A stretch of 64,000 bases of DNA from Octopus vulgaris (Eukaryota). The DNA lies in the NCBI GenBank assembly GCA_951406725.2, contig OX597814.1:95418001-95482000 (forward strand). Reading direction: 5' to 3'. A model generated the notes under the pieces. It was not told where the DNA came from, did not search any database, and was given only the letters and a program-made list of their open reading frames with translations. Both the position numbers and the translations under genes were made by a program. Numbering within the stretch: the first letter of the stretch is position 1; each line of letters starts with the position of its first letter. This document shows, piece after piece, positions 1 to 19,410 of this stretch.

Positions 1-880
<880 letters not shown>

Positions 881-2128
881 TCATCATCATCATCATCATC
901 GTTTAACGTCCGCTTTCCGCGCTAGCACGGGTTGGACGGTTTGACCGGGTCTGGGAAGCCAGGGGCCGCTCCAGGCTCCAGTCTGAATCTGGCAGAGTTT
1001 CTACGGCTGGATGCCCTTCCTAACGCCAACCACTCCGTGAGTGGATTGGGTGCTTTTTACGTGCCACCTGCACAGGGGCCGGAGGGTCCGGCATCGTCAC
1101 GATCGGATTCGAGCATTTTAACGTGTCAGCGGCACGGGGGCAACGAGGTCCGGGGTACTTTCGGGGTATTTTGGGGATCCAGGGTACTTTGGGGATCCGG
1201 GGTACTTTGGGGATCCGGGGTACTTAGAATGGGTAGGGGGGTACTTAGAATGGGTAGGGGGTACTTAGAATGGTAGGGGGTATGTGGAATTGCTGCAGAA
1301 AGCAGCCCGGGTCTTTGTAGTCACAGCATATCTCCAGAGATCTCGGTCCTTCGCCATTGCCTCAGTGAGGCTGCTCTGAGGTCATGCTTGACCACCTCAT
1401 CCCATGTCTTCCTGGGTCTACCTCTCCCCCTGATACCTTCAACTGTTTGGGAGTGGCACTTCTTCACATCTCTCTTCATCCATCCGCAGCACATGACCAT
1501 ACCATCGCAAGCGTCGCTCTTGCACACCACATCTGATGCTTCTTATATCCAGCATTTCTCTCAGGATACTTACACTCTGTTTTGCGTGCACACTGACACT
1601 ACACATCCAGCGGATCATGCTAGCTTCATTTCTTTCAAGTCTACGCATGTCTTCTGCAGTCACAGCCCATGTTTCATTACCGTGAAGCATGGCAGTTCGC
1701 ACACATGCATCATATAATCTACCTTTTGCTCTGAGGGAGAGGCCTTTTGTTGCCAGTAGGGGTAGGAGCTTTCTGAACTTTGCCCAGGCTATTCGTATTC
1801 TAGTGGTGATACTCTCTGTGCATCCACCTCCGCTACTAACTTGGTCTCCCAGGTAGCGGAAACTATCAACTACTTCTAGTTTCTCTCCCTGGAGTGTGAT
1901 GGAATCTGTTTTCTGAGTGTCTGTTGTGTCTATTGTCCCTGTGCATCTGCCGCACATGTAAGCTATCTTATCTGTTAATTTCCCTTTAATGTTGCTGCAC
2001 CTCTTATGTGTCCATAACTTACATTGGGTGCATCTTATGGAGTTTCTACCTGTACCTTTCCTACAGGTTGAGCAGGGCCACCTACCCGAGGGGATGTGTG
2101 TTGAGTACCTCTTGCTGCTTACTAATAC
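881..2128 (-). mobile_element. RTE-clade LINE, 3' fragment (end of RT with PHD-type insert, C-terminus, 3' UTR, (ATG)n tail)
   Basis: ORF 1439..1957(-) has RTE-type motifs [28 protein letters not shown] and [20 protein letters not shown] continues in a shifted frame (1321..1530). (CAT)n at 881-900 is the 3' tail. The fragment is 5'-truncated at the microsatellite. Confidence 0.9.
1150..1282 (+). repeat. G-rich minisatellites (GGGGTACTTTGGGGATCC-like and GGGGTACTTAGAATGGGTA-like units) in the RTE 3' UTR
   Basis: About 3-4 copies of an ~18-nt unit, then 3 copies of an ~20-nt unit, read directly. Confidence 0.85.
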
Positions 2129-2130
2129 TT

Positions 2131-9819
<7,689 letters not shown>

Positions 9820-10269
9820 CCGGTTCCGTTTTCAGCAGAGAAAGACGTGATTGCCTTTGCTCTGTGAAAAAGTTTGCATAGAACGGCGAAATAACCCACT
9901 GTATTTGCAAAACGTAAAACTCTAAGTCATAGAGATCACTACAACACTTTGGTTAAAAATATTTTTAAAAATATATATATAAATATATACATATACACAG
10001 TAATTTTCATTTTCGCCGAAACGCACATGGTGCAAAAATAACTGAATCAAGTTATCTCCTGCAAGAAAGAAAAAGAAGCATCTCTCCTGAAAAAAATCCC
10101 GTAAACCAAAAAAAATAATCCAGACCACATTGTTGGATTAAGTATCAATTTCATCTATTTCATATTTTATTTATTATTCTATTTTATCTTTCACTTAGGC
10201 CCACATCTTAGTTAAAGTTGCGATCGTCATTTTGTTTGTTTACATTTTCAATATCTGTTCTCGATATAA

Positions 10270-11465
10270 TAATTTTCCAGATACTCTATCTTCTAATTAG
10301 CCTTAAGATTAAATTAAATAACGTTTAATATTGATACCGTCAAATTAGCCTTAGGATTAAATTAAATAACGTTTAATATTGTTTAATATTGTTAATAATT
10401 ATTGTTAATTAGCCTTAAGATTAAATTAAATAACGTTTAATATTGTTTTAATATTGTTAATAATTTTTCAGATACTCTATCTTCTAATTAGCCTTAAGAT
10501 TAAATTAAATAACGTTTAATATTAATAACGTCTAATTAGCCTTAGGATTAAATTAAATAACGTTTAATATTGTTAATAATTATTGTTAATTAGCCTTAGG
10601 ATTAAATTAAATAACGTTTAATATTGTTTAATATTGTTAATAATTACTGTTAATTAGCCTTAAGATTAAATTAAATAACGTTTAATATTGTTTAATATTG
10701 TTAATAATTATTGTTAATTAGCCTTAGGATTAAATTAAATAACGTTTAATATTGTTTAATATTGTTAATAATTATTGTTAATTAGCCTTAAGATTAAATT
10801 AAATAACGTTTAATATTGTTTTAATATTGTTAATAATTCTTCAGATACTCTATCTTCTAATTAGCCTTAAGATTAAATTAAATAACGTTTAATATTACCC
10901 ACACTCTAATATAATATTAACATTGCTAATATATTTTCAGATACTCTATCTCCTGATTAGCCTTAAGATTAAATAACGTTTTTATCCACACTCTAATATA
11001 ATATTAATATTGCTAATATATTTTCAGATACTCTATCTTCTAATTAGCCTTAAGATTAAATTAAATAACGTTTAATATTAATAACGTCTAATTAGCCTTA
11101 AGATTAAATTAAATAACGGTTAATATTGCTTAATATTGTATATATAATTTTTCAGATACTCTGTCTTCTAATTAGCCTTAAGATTAAATTAAATAACGTT
11201 TAATATTACCCACACTCTAATATAATATTAATATTGCTAATATATTTTCAGATACTCTATCTCCAAATTAGCCTTAAGATTAAATAACGTTTTTTTTACC
11301 CACACTCTAATATAATATTAATATTGCTAATATATTTTCAGATACTCTATCTCCTAATTAGCCTTAAGATTAAATAACGTTTTTACCCAAATAACGTTTT
11401 TACACAAACTTTAATATTGTTAATATTTCTTTTTCAAGTACTCTATCTTCTAATTAGCCTTAATA
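10270..11465 (+). repeat. Modular AT-rich tandem array, 17 copies of core ATTAGCCTTA(A/G)GATTAAA(TTAAA)TAACGTTT
   Basis: ATTAGCCTTA counted by eye at 10296, 10344, 10408, 10487, 10535, 10589, 10653, 10717, 10781, 10860, 10956, 11043, 11091, 11171, 11267, 11357 and 11453 (last copy truncated). Periods are 48-96 bp. Confidence 0.95.
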
Positions 11466-11524
11466 TCTTCCTGTCTTCTCTCGAACATAATTAGATAGAT
11501 AAACGGATAGACGGATTATCCAGC

Positions 11525-12435
11525 ATGTCCAGAGCATGGAGACGTGACGAGCTGGATTTATTCGTACGAGCATGGGAGTGCGCCGGCGGAGATAGCCCTA
11601 GCGAGGTGATTGCGGCTGCGCTGAAGAGCAGAGGCTACAAGAGGACAGCGGCTCAGATGGAGCGAAAGAGACAGGAATTCGTGCGCTCATATGCGCTTGT
11701 ACGGTCGCACATTGGCGCACTTGATGCCATCTTTGAGAACGAGCGGGGCAAAGATGGCAAGAATGGAGACGATGAAAGAAGTCACCCCCACCTGGTGGAC
11801 GCCCGGGAGGAGGTTTTGAATGAGAAACCTGCCCGGGAAGTGAACCCAGGTGCAAGTTCTCCAACCGGCAGCAAGGGCCATGGAGACGGAGAACCCGGTG
11901 AAGAGGTAGAGGGAGGAAGAAGAACTAAAAGAAGGACTGGAAGAGCTAAAGGAAAAGAAAAAGCTCAAGCAGGACCAAAGAGTGAAACAACCAGAATAGA
12001 AGTGGAACCGCAAAGGATGGAACCAAACAGCGCACACGGGTGTGTATGTTCTACCTGAGAGGTTCCTGCTGGCATGGAAAGGAAGGTGCAGGCTGCCGCT
12101 TTGCACATCGGGGACCCTGCCACAGAGACACGAGGCAGATGGACAAACCATCAACACAAAGAAAAGGGATGGACCACGCACCACCTGCCCCAAAGCGGAG
12201 GTACGCAGATGTTGTGCGCGCCACAAACAGCCAACATGATGTTGTCGAAAGAGCAGCTGCTGAGCAACAATCTTTTTTGTGCATGGCACAAAAGATTGTA
12301 CAGCAGCTGACCTGGCTTCATCAAACCCAAGCCCGCAGGTGGGACTACCCACTATATACCAGACCACCACAGCAAACAGACACAGGATGGACACCGCCGG
12401 CAACAACGTACACCTCACCTCGATACTCCTACTGA
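11525..12435 (+). CDS. LINE ORF1: Myb/SANT-like (trihelix-type) N-terminal domain + CCCH zinc finger, split by a -1 frameshift between 11986 and 12058
   Basis: 11525..12058 encodes WRRDELDLFVRAW...IAAALKSRGYKRTAAQMERK...Y...LDAIF, a Myb/SANT-like pattern recognised by eye. The -1 frame is open 11986-12435 and encodes CMFYLRGSCWHGKEGAGCRFAH (C-x7-C-x8-C-x3-H). Confidence 0.75.
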
Positions 12436-15383
12436 ACATCAGAGGACTGCAAACACTCAGTAACAGGACAAAGATCCCGTTCCTGAGAGACTTTGTTGCA
12501 TGCAATCAAGCCTTATGCATAGCACTTACAGAAACGCACCTGAAACCGGACATAGCAGATGCGGAGTTACACATACCACAGTATGCTGTACTACGGACCG
12601 ACAGGAAAGAAAGGAGTCATGGAGGTGTTGCTATGTACATCCGTGAGGACCTCACACCCCAGGTCCTCTTGTCATACTCAAACTCGGTGTGTGACACACT
12701 AATTGTACATATTAGGCAACTTGATGTAGTTGTGTGTGCTACATATCGCCCTCCAGATGCCCCAAGCCATGTGGGCAAGTTTGAAGACTGCCTTATAAAA
12801 ATAGAAGAAATTCTAACCACATTAGAACAACACATAGGTGTGCTTCTTATGGGAGACTTCAATCTGCCCAATGTCAGATGGCCCGAGGGCCTTTCTCTCC
12901 CAGGAATGACAAGATGTGAACGAGGACAGGCGAGGTCCCTCCTGAACCTCATCAACACCCTGTACATGGAGCAGGTAATACTCCAACCAACCAGGGCAGG
13001 TAACACACTGGATCTCTGCTTCACAAATGACATGGATCTCATCCATAATGTGAAAGTGACACCGACACTACTCTCGGATCACAACATGATAGAGCTGACC
13101 ATGTACGGGCCAAAAGAGAGCACGGACATGCAGCCTACAAGAAACCCTCAAAATCTTTCCAGCTTGAACTACCATAAGGCAAACTGGAAACAAATTGAGA
13201 AAGAGATCCTCAAACAAAACTGGCCTAAATGTCTCTCCTCGCCAGACATCGACGTGAAACTTCAACAATTCATGTCTGTAATGCAAGCCATATGCTACAA
13301 ATGTGTCCCAGAGAGAAAGGCCACTGTACACAAGAACAAAATCCCCAGAGAGAGGAAAATTTTAATGAGACGGCGTACGAAATTTTCAAATCGCCTAAAC
13401 AAACAGATTGAAAGCAGTGAAAAGTCCCGCCTAAAAATAAAACTGTTGGAAATCGAAAAATGTCTGCAACTCTCCCATGAAAAAGAAAGAGCAGACAAAG
13501 AAGCCTGGGCTATAGAAAACATAAAATCTAACCCCAGAGCTTTCTACAGGTATGCCAAAGAAACAGCTACAGTGCACTGTAGAATAGGGCCACTCCTCGA
13601 AAAGGATGGCACACTTACAGGAAAACCAATGAGGGTAAGTGAAATACTGAATGAGCAATTCAAGAGTGTTTTCACTCCACCCCTTGGGCATCTCCAAATC
13701 ACCAATCCAACTGACTTTTTTACCACTGCAGATATAAAATCAGAGGCGGCGACGATAGATTACATCGATATAAAGGAAGACGATGTAACCAAGGCTATAG
13801 ATGAAATGAAAACAGACTCAGCTACTGGCCCCGATGGATTCCCGGCAATCCTCCTAAAAGCATGTAAGAGAGTCCTAGCAAGACCACTGCAGTTCCTCTT
13901 TCAGAGCTTCCTTGCAGCTGGCAAACTTCCAGGAAAACTGAAGGAAGGTAAAATATGCCCCATTCATAAAGGAGGTAGCAGAGCGGAAGCCAAGAACTAT
14001 AGACCTATCTCTCTGACCTCACACATCAGCAAGGTCATGGAACGAATAGTCAGAAGGAAGCTGATCACCTTCCTTGAAGAGAATGACTTGCTGCCCGACA
14101 CCCAACATGGTTTCCGACCAGGGAGAAGCTGTTTAACTCAGCTCCTACAACACTATGACTGGGTGCTGAAACGGCTGCTCAACCACTCAAATGTGGAAGT
14201 GATATATCTCGACTTTGCAAAGGCCTTTGATAAAGTCGATCATGGAATGATATGTCACAAACTGCGTGATCTCAACATAGTTGGAAAACTGGGAGAATGG
14301 CTTCATGACTTTCTGAAGGATAGAAGTCAGGTGGTAGTAGCCAATGGGGCCACCTCCATTAACACACAAATAGTGAGCGGTGTTCCGCAGGGCACTGTTC
14401 TGGGACCACTACTGTTCATAATGGCCCTCTCAGACATGCCCTCAGCCACGCAGAGAGCCACGATCACAAGTTATGCAGATGATACAAAAGTTTCACAGGC
14501 AATACAGAACCCTGAGGACACTAAACACCTGCAATGTGAGCTGGACGAAATATACAAGTGGGCTGAAAAGAATAGCATGCAGTTCAATGCTGGAAAGTTT
14601 CAAGCTTTATACTATCAGCATGCAAAACTGAATGCAATACCCAATGAATACACTGGACCCGGAGGGATTGCAATCCCAGAGGCACAATCAGTGCGTGACC
14701 TGGGTATTCACATGAGTGATGACGCGACCTTTCATGTACATGTTGCTAAACTGACAATGAAATGTAGACGGCTGGCTGGATGGATTCTTAGAACCTTTAG
14801 AACAAGAGAACAAGAAACCATGATGGTCCTCTGGAAGACACTTGTCCTAAGCCACTTTGACTATTGCTCTCAGCTATGGTCACCATCCAGTGTCAAGTTG
14901 ATCACAGAACTTGAGGCGATCCAACGAAGCTACACAAAGAAGATAGCCTCTATGCAGAATGTAAGCTACTGGGAAAGACTCAAGAGATTAAAATTATATT
15001 CCCTGGAGCGTAGGCGGGAAAGATATGCCATAATATACATCTGGAAGATCCTGGAGGGAAGTGTCCTGAACTTTGGCATCGAGAGTTACGCAAATGCCAG
15101 AACTGGGCGCCACTGCGTGGTGCCTAGGACTCCAAACCTGCCATCAAGATGTAGGACAAGATTCTGTGATAGCCTGGGCTTCCGAGGCCCACAGCTCTTC
15201 AATATCCTCCCGAAGAACCTGAGAGACCTGCATGGGGTGGATACAGATGTCTTTAAAATGAAGCTGGATCTCTTCCTGTCAGGTGTCCCAGATGAACCAA
15301 CTTCACGGCAGGAGGGGCAGATGAGGGCAGCTGCATCGAACTCTCTCATGCACCAAATAGCAGTTGCTAGAAAGCCTCCATGA
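12387..15383 (+). CDS. LINE ORF2: APE endonuclease + reverse transcriptase (CR1 group), uninterrupted
   Basis: EN motifs [30 protein letters not shown] motifs [46 protein letters not shown]1-type C-terminus [17 protein letters not shown]. The frame is open from 12279; ATG 12387 just before the EN domain is the inferred start. Confidence 0.95.
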   Translation: MDTAGNNVHLTSILLLNIRGLQTLSNRTKIPFLRDFVACNQALCIALTETHLKPDIADAELHIPQYAVLRTDRKERSHGGVAMYIREDLTPQVLLSYSNSVCDTLIVHIRQLDVVVCATYRPPDAPSHVGKFEDCLIKIEEILTTLEQHIGVLLMGDFNLPNVRWPEGLSLPGMTRCERGQARSLLNLINTLYMEQVILQPTRAGNTLDLCFTNDMDLIHNVKVTPTLLSDHNMIELTMYGPKESTDMQPTRNPQNLSSLNYHKANWKQIEKEILKQNWPKCLSSPDIDVKLQQFMSVMQAICYKCVPERKATVHKNKIPRERKILMRRRTKFSNRLNKQIESSEKSRLKIKLLEIEKCLQLSHEKERADKEAWAIENIKSNPRAFYRYAKETATVHCRIGPLLEKDGTLTGKPMRVSEILNEQFKSVFTPPLGHLQITNPTDFFTTADIKSEAATIDYIDIKEDDVTKAIDEMKTDSATGPDGFPAILLKACKRVLARPLQFLFQSFLAAGKLPGKLKEGKICPIHKGGSRAEAKNYRPISLTSHISKVMERIVRRKLITFLEENDLLPDTQHGFRPGRSCLTQLLQHYDWVLKRLLNHSNVEVIYLDFAKAFDKVDHGMICHKLRDLNIVGKLGEWLHDFLKDRSQVVVANGATSINTQIVSGVPQGTVLGPLLFIMALSDMPSATQRATITSYADDTKVSQAIQNPEDTKHLQCELDEIYKWAEKNSMQFNAGKFQALYYQHAKLNAIPNEYTGPGGIAIPEAQSVRDLGIHMSDDATFHVHVAKLTMKCRRLAGWILRTFRTREQETMMVLWKTLVLSHFDYCSQLWSPSSVKLITELEAIQRSYTKKIASMQNVSYWERLKRLKLYSLERRRERYAIIYIWKILEGSVLNFGIESYANARTGRHCVVPRTPNLPSRCRTRFCDSLGFRGPQLFNILPKNLRDLHGVDTDVFKMKLDLFLSGVPDEPTSRQEGQMRAAASNSLMHQIAVARKPP

Positions 15384-15472
15384 AGTGAAACCAAGTAGCA
15401 ACACCAAATGGCGGTGCCCCAGCATGGCCACAGCTCATAAGCTGAAACTAGAATCAATCAATCAATCAATCA

Positions 15473-15476
<4 letters not shown>

Positions 15477-15527
<51 letters not shown>

Positions 15528-15554
15528 GTATGTATATATATATATATATGTATG

Positions 15555-15593
<39 letters not shown>

Positions 15594-15594
15594 G

Positions 15595-15643
<49 letters not shown>

Positions 15644-15697
15644 TGTATATATATATATGTATGTATGTATGTATATATATATATATATGTATGTATG

Positions 15698-15742
<45 letters not shown>
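15477..15742. repeat. (TA)n/(TATG)n microsatellite
   Basis: Direct reading. Confidence 0.98.
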
Positions 15743-15743
<1 letters not shown>

Positions 15744-16143
15744 CATAACTGTGGAGGGAACCTTTGGAAGAGTTAGACCCAGGAAGACATGGGACAGGGT
15801 GGTGAGGCATGATCTTTGGATGCTGAGATTAATGGAGCCAATGACAAGTGATTGAGACATTTGGTGATTTGCTGTGCTTGAGAAGTCTTGTCAAGCCAAG
15901 TGAAGTCATAATTGAGGACAGTGCTGGTGACCCATAAAAGGCATCCACCACACTGTTAGAGTGGTTGGCATTAGGAAGAGCATCCAGCCATAGACACCAA
16001 ACCAAAATCAGGCTGGAGCCTGTTACAGCTCCACAGAGTGGAGGCACATGGCTTAGTGGTAAGGGTGTTGGACTAATGATCGTAAGATTGTGGTTTTGAT
16101 TCCTAGACCATAGAAAATGGACACTAAATAATGATGATGATGA
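15743..16143 (+). mobile_element. RTE LINE 3' end remnant with an embedded tRNA-like SINE head
   Basis: [24 protein letters not shown] parallels the RTE C-terminus at ~1380-1445(-). 3' UTR similarity and an (ATG)n tail at ~16130. A/B-box-like head at 16042-16110. Confidence 0.7.
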
Positions 16144-16144
16144 T

Positions 16145-16392
16145 ATATGTGTGTGTGAGTATGTCTTTGTGGCTGTGTCTGTCCCCCCCCCCATCACTGC
16201 CTGACAACCGGTATTGGTGTGTTTACATTCCCATAACTTAGCTGCTCAGCAAAAATGACCACTAAAATAAGTAGTGGGCTTAAAAAAAAAAAAAACTAAA
16301 TACTAGTGTCGATTTATTCAACTAAAAATTCTGCAAGGTGGTGCCCCAGCATGGCCACAGTCTAATGACTGAAATAAGTAAAAGATAAAAGA
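16145..16392 (+). mobile_element. SINE body/tail sharing its 3' end with the CR1 LINE
   Basis: GGTGCCCCAGCATGGCCACAG at ~16340-16360 is identical to the LINE 3' UTR at ~15413-15433. Related copies at 29625-29965(+) and ~58075-58530(-). Confidence 0.75.
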
Positions 16393-16813
16393 CACACACA
16401 CACACAGCTAATGAAGTTATGTAATTGATGTTCCTTTGTCATTCATTCATTGATATTACACTCTAGTTGCCTAATACTTTTATTCAAATGCACATTGAGT
16501 TCTAATAACTTATGATTACTATCAATATACCTAAGCAAAATCATGCATGTGTATGTGCACACGTTTGTGTGTGTGTGCATGCATATGTGTGTATTCATGC
16601 ATGTGTGTGTGCACAAAATCAGACAGAGAGAGGAGGTGCAGGAGGAGTGTAAGCATGTCAGACTGATACAAAAGATGTAACAATAGGAATATGTCAATGG
16701 AAACAAACTAAATATTATGACACTTTCAATCAATTAATTTGACTTTTGAAAATCAGAAGCAAAAACTTGTCAATTAAGCTCTGTTTAATTTTAGGTGTGC
16801 CAGGACAACCAGT

Positions 16814-17041
16814 TTAACCTTTTCGTTACCAACTTGGCTGAAACTGGCTCTGGCTCTGAGTACAAATGTCTTGTTTTCATAAGTTTTGAAATAAAATCTT
16901 CCACCAAACCTTAGTCACAATTTATGTTCATAATACTAACTGAATGATAGCTAAGTTATTTTACTAAATTCTTTGTTATATTTAAAGTAATTGAAAGAAA
17001 CACAGAGCATCTCAACAGAAATACAGTAAGGAAAGGGCTAA
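16814..17041. mobile_element. piggyBac-like MITE (TTAA-CC(C/T)TTT...AAAGGG-(T/C)TAA ends)
   Basis: Left end TTAACCTTTTCGTTAC and right end GTAAGGAAAGGGCTAA form imperfect TIRs. Confidence 0.55.
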
Positions 17042-17087
17042 TGTCAAACTGTGGAATGTTTCCCTTTCTTAACACATGAATGATTCA

Positions 17088-17425
17088 AGGCACATGGCTC
17101 AGTGCTTAGAACATGGGGCTCACAATCATGAGGTAGTAAGTTCAATTCCCAGACCAGGTTGTATGTTTTGTTCTTGAGCAAGACACTTTATTTTCACATT
17201 GCTTCAGTTCACTCAGCTGTAGAAATGAGTTGCAATGTCACTGGTGCCAAGCTGTATTGGCCTTTGCCTTTCCCTTGGATAACATTGGTGGTATGGCAAG
17301 GAGAGGCTGGTATGCATAGGTAACTGCTGGTCTTCCATAAACAAACTTGCCTGGACTTGTGCCTCAGAGGGGAACTTTCTTGGTGCAATCCCATGGTCAT
17401 TTATGACCAAAGGGGGGTCTTTATT
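17088..17425 (+). mobile_element. tRNA-derived SINE (~335 bp)
   Basis: Head GGCACATGGCTCAGTGCTTAGA...AGTTCAATTCC (A/B boxes). Colinear with the copy at 19068-19410. Confidence 0.8.
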
Positions 17426-17725
17426 GTTCATCCTTTTACACATAATTCAAATTACTTGGCTATGTGGATTATGATCAATAAATAAATAAATTAGAACATG
17501 AGAAAAATTTTTTTTCATTGTCTGATTTTATATTTTAGGTCAAGAAGTATTTTATCTTCTTATTTGGTTGCTAACAAGTCTGCCCTGCTTCTTATTCCTC
17601 TTCACACCGCTAACTGCATAGTGAAGTAATCAGTTCTCATCTAGTTTAACTATTTTGTTACCATATTTATTCTTTCATTTGTTTCATTCATTTGACTATG
17701 GAGCACCACATTGAAAAAGTGTGAG

Positions 17726-17845
17726 ATGCTTAGAGCTCTTAGGTTTCCCAAGTGATCACCCATCGAAGTACTAACTGGACTCAACATTGTTTAACTTCGG
17801 TGATCAGACAAGAACCAGTGCATTCAATGTGATATGGCCATAAGC
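17726..17845 (-). pseudogene. 5S rRNA gene copy (probably a pseudogene)
   Basis: The 120-nt reverse complement GCTTATGGCCATATCACATTGAATGCACTGGTTCTTGTCTGATCACCGAAGTTAAACAATG...TTAGTACTTCGATGGGTGATCACTTGGGAA...TAAGCAT follows the metazoan 5S pattern. TTTTT terminator at 17714-17718. Many substitutions look like CpG decay. Confidence 0.85.
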
Positions 17846-18004
17846 ATTTCTTCATATTTCTGTGGAAATATACTGCTCTTGTTTCAATTAACTTTGGAAA
17901 TAATGAAGAAATTAGTAAAATAACTTTGTCATTACAATGCTGGTTTAAGGAATACAAATCAGAATGAAATTTTGATGAAAGATTTTTTTTTTTTTCATTT
18001 GGAC

Positions 18005-18223
18005 TACTTTCAGATTACTCTGTCAAATGTAATACTTCTTTATTCACATTGTTTTGAATTAATCAGGCATTATCTTGTAGCTTTGAGGAGTCCAATTATG
18101 TAATTGTTCATTTTTAAAATGACATTTTAGCATAGGTGTGAGGGACCAGATCTGGTCAGTTTGAATATAAAGCAGGTTGACTACTTGGACCAGATATGGC
18201 TGGTTTAAACACTAAAGGGTTAA
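18005..18223. mobile_element. piggyBac-like MITE (copy related to 32019-32243)
   Basis: Shared body CAGATTACTCTGTCAAATGTAAT...GAATTAATCA; ends in CTAAAGGGTTAA. Confidence 0.6.
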
Positions 18224-18541
18224 AACAGTTAGTTTGCATCATAAAAATAGAAATGGTTTGAAGGATACTGGTATGAAAACTGTACATTTCTGTTAATATC
18301 CTCAAGAAAGGCTTAAAACACAACAATAACCAGTTTCCTCTATCAGCTATAAATTGAAGAAATTGTTATAAACTGCTATTGTTTCTTATAAAATGATGCC
18401 ATTTCTTTGCTAGGATACGGTTTATTTCACATAACACTCTAATGAATTTGTTAAATATAGGCTTGATTATGTGAATATAAAATTTGCTTTTGTATCACAT
18501 GGCTCTCTAACACCAAGTTCCTGAAAATTGGGTCTTCTACA

Positions 18542-18587
<46 letters not shown>

Positions 18588-19067
18588 TCAATTAACATCT
18601 GTTGTCCAAGCTGGCATGAGTTGGACAGTTTGACCAGGGCTGGTAAGCTGGAAGGCTGCACCAGACTCCAGTCTGATTTGGCATGGCTTTCTATAGCTGG
18701 ATGCCCTTCCTAACACCAACCACCCTGTGAGTGTAGTGGGTGCTTTTATGTGCCAGCTTGATGGGTATATATATATACATTTAGAATTTTGTGTTGTAAG
18801 ATCCTTGATGTAAAACCATGTGTTGAAACAAATATTATTGTATTTCAGGATGTTCTTCTTTTTCTGTTTGCCACATAAACACATGCACTATCGTTCTTCA
18901 CCCATTCATTACTGTTCTTATTTTAACATAAGAACAGTAATAAACAAGTGAAGAACAAATATATAGTGTGTGTGTTTATTTGGAAAAAAATAAATAAATA
19001 CTCATCCCAAAATACAACAATATATATATATGTATATAATTATCATTTTAATATCAACTTTTATGTG

Positions 19068-19410
19068 AAGGTGCATGACTCAGTGGTTAGAGCATGGGGC
19101 ACACAATCATGAGGTAGTGAGTTTGATTCCTGAATCAGGTTGTGTGTTGTGTTCTTGAGCAAGACACTTTATTTCACATTGCTCTAGTTTACTCAGGTCT
19201 AGAAATGAACTGTAACATCACTGGTGCCAAGCTGTATCAGCTTTTGCCTTTCCTTTGGATAACATCAGTGGTGTGGAGAGGGGAGATTGGTATGCATGGG
19301 CGACTTCTGGCCGTCCATAAACAACCTTCCGCAGACTTGTGCCTTGGAGGGGAACTTTCTAAGTGCAATCTCATGGTCATTCATGACCTAAGGGGAGGGC
19401 TTTACTCTTT
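19068..19410 (+). mobile_element. tRNA-derived SINE
   Basis: Colinear with 17088-17425. Confidence 0.8.

Larger units (their letters stand above)
9820..15476 (+). mobile_element. Putative full-length CR1-group (APE-type) LINE
   Basis: Unique sequence starts at the microsatellite edge (9820), followed by a tandem array, ORF1, an intact ORF2, a short 3' UTR with a stem-loop and an (AATC)n tail at 15452-15476, then TA repeat resumes. The 5' boundary is inferred. Confidence 0.85.

Noticed and set aside
10270-11465. CRISPR-like appearance of the repeat array next to an RT
   Set aside because: Spacers are reused modules rather than unique sequences, there are no cas genes, and the RT is a eukaryotic LINE RT.
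11598-15457. Antisense ORFs over the LINE (e.g. 11687..12505, 12617..13042, 15086..15457)
   Set aside because: Shadow ORFs of the sense coding sequence with no recognisable motifs.
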